This document shows positions 50,986 through 64,000 of a stretch of 64,000 nucleotides of DNA, one piece after another. The stretch comes from the human T2T-CHM13v2.0 reference genome, Homo sapiens. The stretch lies in the NCBI RefSeq assembly GCF_009914755.1, contig NC_060928.1; one strand, written 5' to 3'. The notes below the pieces were generated by a model, which did not search any database, had not been told where the DNA came from, and saw only the letters and a program-made list of their open reading frames with translations. The translations under genes and the position numbers were made by a program. Within the stretch, counting starts at the first letter, position 1, and each line of letters opens with the position of its first letter.

Positions 50986-52156
50986 TCTGTTCTCAGACTC
51001 AATTTCTGAGCTACCTCCTTGGACTATGAGCAGAGGGGATGCAGCAACTAGGAGGCTTAGTGTAAACAGCCAGCCTCCTTCTGCAATAGGTGTTAGAGTG
51101 GATGTGGGTCGAAGCTGCCAGTTTACTACAAAGTTGAACTAATTAGTTTTTTAAAGTAGTATGCCATATTAAAATTTACTTGAGTGGGGACTCAGATCGG
51201 GTTTAAGGGATTATTACATAAATTAACATTTAAGTAATACTAAAAATAGCTGCCTTTTGTTTCTTTTTATTGTGAAATACAATTGCAAAAACCCATAAAG
51301 TCCACACATGTAAAGTCCAACAATTACTGAATGCCCATATAATAATTATGTAAGCCAAAAAATAAAATTTTATCAGCACCTCAGGGACCCAAATCCAGTG
51401 TTCTTACAGAAGACTTGAACAGTGGTTTGGTTCTGATTTGGGGCAGTGAATGTAAATGCCAGTGAGACGTGCTGTCCCATGATCCTTGTTTCCTATATTC
51501 CAGAAAATAGTAAGCGAAATGCACACTTTGAGGAAAATTTGAGAAATTTTATGTTCAACTATTTAGGAAGCTTCTAAAAAAGTAAACTTTAAAGAAAACT
51601 TGATGTGAATCATTAGAAAATTTTTCTAGACATTCTATTTGTAGAATTCAGGGACAATTTACAGAGGCAATGATATAACCAATGCGTCGAGACGCATGAT
51701 GTATCTTAGGAATGCTGTCTGTTACTCTTCACCACTTGCATATTATTAAATAATTTTCTATACTAGCTAAGGAAAAAATGATTCTCATGAAATAAAATCT
51801 GAGTTCCCGGGAAGCATTTCTAGTGTATCTTAGCTATGTGCACTGATAGTGGATCATATATACTTAATGCAGGAGTTTATCATGAATGCTCAACCTGCAG
51901 TTTGGAAACTAGTAAGGGGTAGAAATATGTGCACCTTTCTGTCTTTGTTTTTTGTTTCAAAATAATATTGTATGTGATTAACAAGAGAAATAAGATGGAG
52001 TAAAATAAGGATACTATTTTGAAAATATTCACTACACTCCCCTGTAATTTGCATTCTCTAGCAATCATTCTGCCACTATGGTTCTCATAGGGAAGGATGT
52101 CAAGGAGGAGGTTAAAGAGGCAGGCATTTGAGACCTGAGGGTCCTGACCTCTATGA

Positions 52157-52985
<829 letters not shown>

Positions 52986-53042
52986 CTCTATGGTGTAGCA
53001 TGAATTTCACCTGTGTCAATATAGCAGAGATGAGAGTGATGA

Positions 53043-53373
<331 letters not shown>

Positions 53374-56300
53374 GATCCTGCTTCTTTTATCCCCTGGCTG
53401 TAATTAAAGAATGCATCACTTCTTAGGAGGTTCCAAGAGAGCAAAGCAAAGAGGGCTTGAGTAAGAAATAGTGAAAGCATCAGGACCTTAAATACAGAGC
53501 CACCTAGCTGTACACACCATGGGGAGCCATTCACAAGCAATGTAATAGACATCAGTTACTACAATGAGTGGTGCCCCCTGAAGTTGTGGAAGAAGGTGGC
53601 CCTTTTTGGAATCCCTGTGATTGCTGTATATAGTGAATTTATTTTTAAAACCTTACTTTAAAAAGGAATTTGGTTCTGTAATATGGAAAGAGCTGCTAAA
53701 GAAAGGATTTTGAAAAAAATAGTATTAAAGGTCTATGAAGCATTGATAGCACATAAATTCTAAGAAACTCTTCTTGGAAGTAGCATATATGCTAGTTATG
53801 TGCTGATACTGGGGGCACTATTTATACTTGGTCATGAATTACTTTGCCCAACATATTCTTCTACAGGAGGGATTATTTCAAGACTGTCCTAAAATAAAAG
53901 CACATAAGATAATGTAAGGCTGCTTAGATTATGTTATATTTGTTTTGTTTCTATTCCCAAACCTTGGGGGAAAATCAGGAACTAGACAGATGAAGAATTG
54001 TGTTGGCTCAGATACGGAATAAAACTTGAGTGTCTGCTTTGTGTTCTCTCCTACAAATAGATAATGTCCCTTAATTTATCACATCACTTGTTTCTGAACA
54101 TTTGGTGTAAACCCACCATCTCTTGCCCAGTTTCATTTTCATCTATTGCTCCTAGCTTTCCCAAGATAACATGGCCTGAGCCAAGAACATACTTGAATTC
54201 AAAGCTATGGGACCAGAATGAAGGTTGGTTAACCTATCTGTCCCTGGGCATTAGACAACAGACCCTTGAAGCAGCTAAAGCGCCTATCCTGAGCTGGGCA
54301 CCTTGACTGCCATCCCCACTGAGACCATATGACCTGGGTATGGGTGGCTGGGCAGTAGTGGTGGTGGGGAGAATTCCTGAAAGTTCTCATTGCCTCAGGG
54401 ATGACTTTCCAGAGGGATGTTTTAACCATAAAAGGAAAAAATGTGCTGGGCAGGCCAAAATAGATGTCCTGTAGAATGACTCAGGGTGAACAAACAGCCG
54501 TTGAGACCTCCCATAAGTTCTTGCCATGGTCCACGCTGTACGAAGATGGTCATGAAAGCCATCCAGCACTCCCAGGTCCTGGAGCACACTCTCCCCATTC
54601 TCAAGGTCTTTCTCCTAGCAAGTTCCCCAAACACTGTGCCTCAGAAAGAAAAATGGTCAGGAGATTTCCCTCAGAAACTCAAACAACTGATCAGAATAGG
54701 GTGATGCTGGTGCCCTCCCACAACGGATTTCCTCCCCCTGGTTCCTGTGGTTTTCATTCTACTGGTCTCCAAGCTGCCATCACATCCAGCCAAAGCAACT
54801 CTTTGCTGCCAATGCTGCCAATATGGGCAGCTTTTTCACCAGATGTCTATCGATTAAAACCACTGGTAAGAGCCATTGAACGATGCCAACAATCTTATCT
54901 TACAGTGGACTTGGTCTCTCTTAGTTTCCTACCCTAATTTTTTGGTTATCACTACCTTCCTGGGAAAGCTGTTTCCACTAAGATAATCTGTAATGTTTTG
55001 TTCCTTCCAACAGTTAGACAGATGGTCATCACAAATACAGTACGTGCCTTTAAATCTGATATAATCTGTAAAAAGAATAGATCACTCAATCTTCCTTATT
55101 CTATCATTAGCAAAAAATTACTTGTGATATCACTTACAGCCAATGGGTGTCACGCTGATGAAAATGAAAATTGCTGCCTCCTCAAGAGATGAAAGAGCCA
55201 GACTCACAGCATTATGCCCTTTTAGACAAAGTCTATCTCAGGAGAGTCCGGTAGCGGTGTAGCTCTTTGGTTTTCTTCCACTCTTCAGGAGAAATTGTTA
55301 GTATTCTAGCAACACTGTTTTCAGGCACTGGCTGGAATACTTAGCAGGGAGAAAACTGGCCACTCTTGAGTGTTAATGAGGCTCAAAGCATGCTAGCACG
55401 TCCTAAGCACAGGGTGCCTGTCCTAACATCAGGCATTTTCACCCATGTCCTCCAAAATACTCAATCTATCAAAAAATCCCAGAAACCCGAGAGTCTGCGG
55501 AGCCCTGAGGTATACAGCGGACAGTCTCACATTCGTAGACCCTATGGGCCACATTATGAGCCAACAATGACAGTCTGAAAATTGGGACCAAACATTACTC
55601 CATGAATTAAAAACAGCAGCAGCAACTTAAAACAGCAATCAGTTCTATGAAGCAAGAGCTCAAAGCAGAAGTGTGGTAGCTCAGGGAAGAAAGAATGAGC
55701 ACCAGGAATACATAAAACATAGGCTGGAGGGACTCAGGAACTGAGAGGAAGCAGTAAAGTCAGCATAGAATTGAAAACGAGATCGGAAGAAGCACAGGCA
55801 GAGAAGATGCTGCTGACGACACACGAGCAGAGTCGAAAGCATAAAAGTGGATCAAAGGAAGTATCAATTTGGGATTTTAAAATTAGAGCGAAATGACAGA
55901 GAAAATAGACAAAGGAGGTGAAGAGCATAATTGGAGTCTCAAAAAATAAAGTTGAATTGTTGAACAGGACAAACAATAATACTTCAAACATTTTTATAAA
56001 ATAAAATAGGATCAACATGCTGAAAGAGCACACCATATTTCAGGGAAAACTGGCCTATAATACTAAATATTCATATATATATATATTTTTGAGATGGGGT
56101 CTTGCTATATTGCCCACTCTGGTCTTGAAATCCCAGGCTCAAGAGATCCTCCTGCCTCAGCGTCCTGAAAAACTGGGACTACAGATGCATGCACCATGCC
56201 CAGCTCTAAATATTTACATGTATCTTAATAAAATTATTGGACTTCATAGATTTTAGAAGGGATCCTTTGGGTGTCCAGGCAAAAAGTTCAAGTAATGTAT

Positions 56301-56494
56301 AAGAAAAAACTCAGGGTAAATTCATACTTCATAGCAACACGAAGCACCAGAAGACACTAAGAAAAAATTGTGAAGAAGAATTTTATCCAGGCAAATAATG
56401 ATTCCAATACAGACACAATTTTTAATACCCAAGAACTCAAGGATATTGTCCCATGAACTCTGCATAAGTAAGGAAGTTTTAACCAGCAAGCTGA

Positions 56495-56834
<340 letters not shown>

Positions 56835-57130
56835 TAACTTTATTTAACAGTATAACCAAGATGAAAGCAAACTCAGGGATTAAAGTGACAGAAAAGAAAG
56901 TAAATTTTATATTTTCTGATAATGTAGAAACGATATAATTAATAAAAGTTGGAGCAGAAAAGAGAAAGGTAGGTAGAAATAAGTGTGCAAATTTACTCAT
57001 CTTTAATAGATGAGGTCAGCGTTTACCATTCAATGCTGGCGAGTCAAATAATAGAGGGTTTTAGGTTTTTAAAAAACACACTGAAAGGTAAATAATGAGA
57101 AAGATAATAAACTAAATTTGGGAATAGTAT

Positions 57131-57784
<654 letters not shown>

Positions 57785-59026
57785 TCTCTAAAGAAGTGAG
57801 AGATTAAGGGCACAATATAAAGTCACATTTAGAAGGGTAAACTCTGGGAGGAAAAACCCAAATCTTCCTACCTTTCAAAAGAAAAACATATACACACAAC
57901 ACAGAAAATAGGTCATACAGTGACATCTTTTAAAAGATGTAAAAAGAGAAAGCACAAAATAAATAGGACAGAATCAACACCAAATGTATGTGGCTCATCA
58001 AAAGTATAAATGAATAAACTTACCTATATAAAGAAAACAATTTTCGGATTGAATCATAAAGCAAAATACAACTTTATGCTGCATTCAGGGGACACAATTA
58101 AAAATACGCAAAAAGTTTGAAAATAAAAGGAAAAGCAAAAACATATCATTAAAAGTAAAAAATATTAAATGAGGTAATGTGTAGAGTGCTTACAACATTG
58201 CCTTGCACCTAATGTGTAGTATTAAAATATCAACCAAAAATAGACAAACTATCCAAAAACAAAGCAGGAGTTGAGCTCTTACTGTTAGACAAGGTTGAGT
58301 TCAGGTTCAAAAGTAAGAAACAAAACAAAGAAGAGCGCTTCATAATGGCAGACGACATAATTCACAATATACATCTAATGGTTATGAACAGTTAAGCACC
58401 AAATAGCAGAGTTAACATTCAATATTCAAAAGGAAAAATTATAGGAGAGACCAGAAAAACAGACCTCAGTGCACTGATGACTTTCAATCGCCTCTCAAGG
58501 TCCATGACAGATCAACTGGACAAAAATCAAGGCTACAGAGGAGCTAGATAACACAGTTAATGAAACAGATCTCAGTTATATATCCAAATATATATCAAAT
58601 GATGATTGCTGAAAAAAGGCAACAGTCTGTTTTTACAAGTATTCATGGAATATTCACAAAAATGAAAATGTACAGACAACAATCTCAATCACAATGCAAC
58701 GAAATTAGGAGTTATGTAATAACATCACCCAAAACAAAAACTATCTGCCATCTGGAAACTTTAAAATACTTTCTTAACAGCTCTGGAATTCAAGATGAAA
58801 TCAAAGTAGAAACTGCAAAATAGCAAATAAAAATAATAGAAAACATTCCATATTTGTATGTATGGGATATGAAGCTTAGCTACAGAGTCAAAGTAAATAA
58901 GAAGGAAAATATAAATTAGAAGAATAAAAAATAAATGTAAGGAAAGCAGAATAAAGAAATGAATAATGATTAAATCATAAGTTGATGAAATAGAACAATT
59001 TTTTAAATCCACAGAACTGGAAACTA

Positions 59027-60164
<1,138 letters not shown>

Positions 60165-60399
60165 TAAACAGATCAATTACCATAAAAGAAATAGGAAATT
60201 GTCAAAAAAAAGACCCCTCAAATTCCAGCAGTTCCAGAGGAATTCTGTAAAACCTTTAAAGAAAAGACAACTCCCATATCTTAATTTTTTCAGAGCATAT
60301 AAAAAGAGGTAACATTTCCAGTGTTTAGTTAATGAACCAAGTATATTTCTACAGAAATATATTGTTATTATTAATAGGTATAAGAAGAAAAATTCTATA

Positions 60400-61825
<1,426 letters not shown>

Positions 61826-62019
61826 CTCATGTCTAAAAAAGCTATCAAAGACATTGGAAAAATTCCATATTCATACTTGATGTAAGTTCTTAACAGGAGT
61901 ATACAAATACGTTGTTAGCATAATGAAATATATTTGTCTCAACCACAAAGAATCTGTTTAATATGGAAACAGCATGGATGTAATATTGAAACACTCCTGC
62001 TAAGTTATGGACAAGATAA

Positions 62020-62351
<332 letters not shown>

Positions 62352-62362
62352 AAGTACTATCT

Positions 62363-63754
<1,392 letters not shown>

Positions 63755-64000
63755 TTAAACATTGGAAAGAAGGTAAAATCATTGTTATTTAGATATAATT
63801 GTATACTAGAATTTCCACCCATAATCAATTTAAAAATCTAAATAAATAAGTGAATTCAGTCAAGTACCTGGGTATGAAATTAATGCCAAATACCAATACA
63901 AATCTGGTGCTTTAGAATATAAAAATAACCAACCAGAAGACATAATAGAGAAGACCTTATTTACAATAGCAACAGAAAATAAAATATTTAGTGATAAAGA

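Noticed and set aside
54387-54937. Overlapping 66-157-aa ORFs in unique sequence
   Set aside because: No recognisable domain, splice structure or retrocopy hallmarks. Only an AP-1 motif TGACTCA near 54477

Overview
Human (primate) genomic DNA, very Alu-rich, about half repeats. It holds one intact protein-coding gene, CDKN2AIP (CARF), on the + strand: 3 coding exons at 43608-46239, a CpG-island promoter with a TATA box, and a long 3'UTR. By recognition this is the 4q35.1 locus. There is also a full-length processed fibrillarin (FBL) pseudogene on the - strand (17495-18645) with target-site duplications. The rest is an orphan CpG island (~5.9-6.2 kb), about 45 Alus, L1/L2/MIR fragments, DNA transposons (MER46, MER5, MER2, MER1, Tigger3) and several solo LTRs, including LTR12C and an LTR12F-like element nested in a HERV-E/LTR2-like LTR. 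Nearly all other ORFs in the track are Alu, LTR or low-complexity artefacts. I found no prokaryotic-type system and no clearly new gene. The most interesting signals are: two splice routes to a short XRN2-binding-domain-only CDKN2AIP protein, a co-oriented LTR12C carrying a G32 expansion 10 kb upstream of CDKN2AIP, an AluY-L1 chimera next to a hairpin-forming poly(A)-tailed LTR-derived fragment, and a ~250 bp locally templated duplication inside an LTR. Repeat family names come from recalled consensus sequences and need Dfam/RepeatMasker confirmation. Repeat boundaries are approximate unless a TSD is given.
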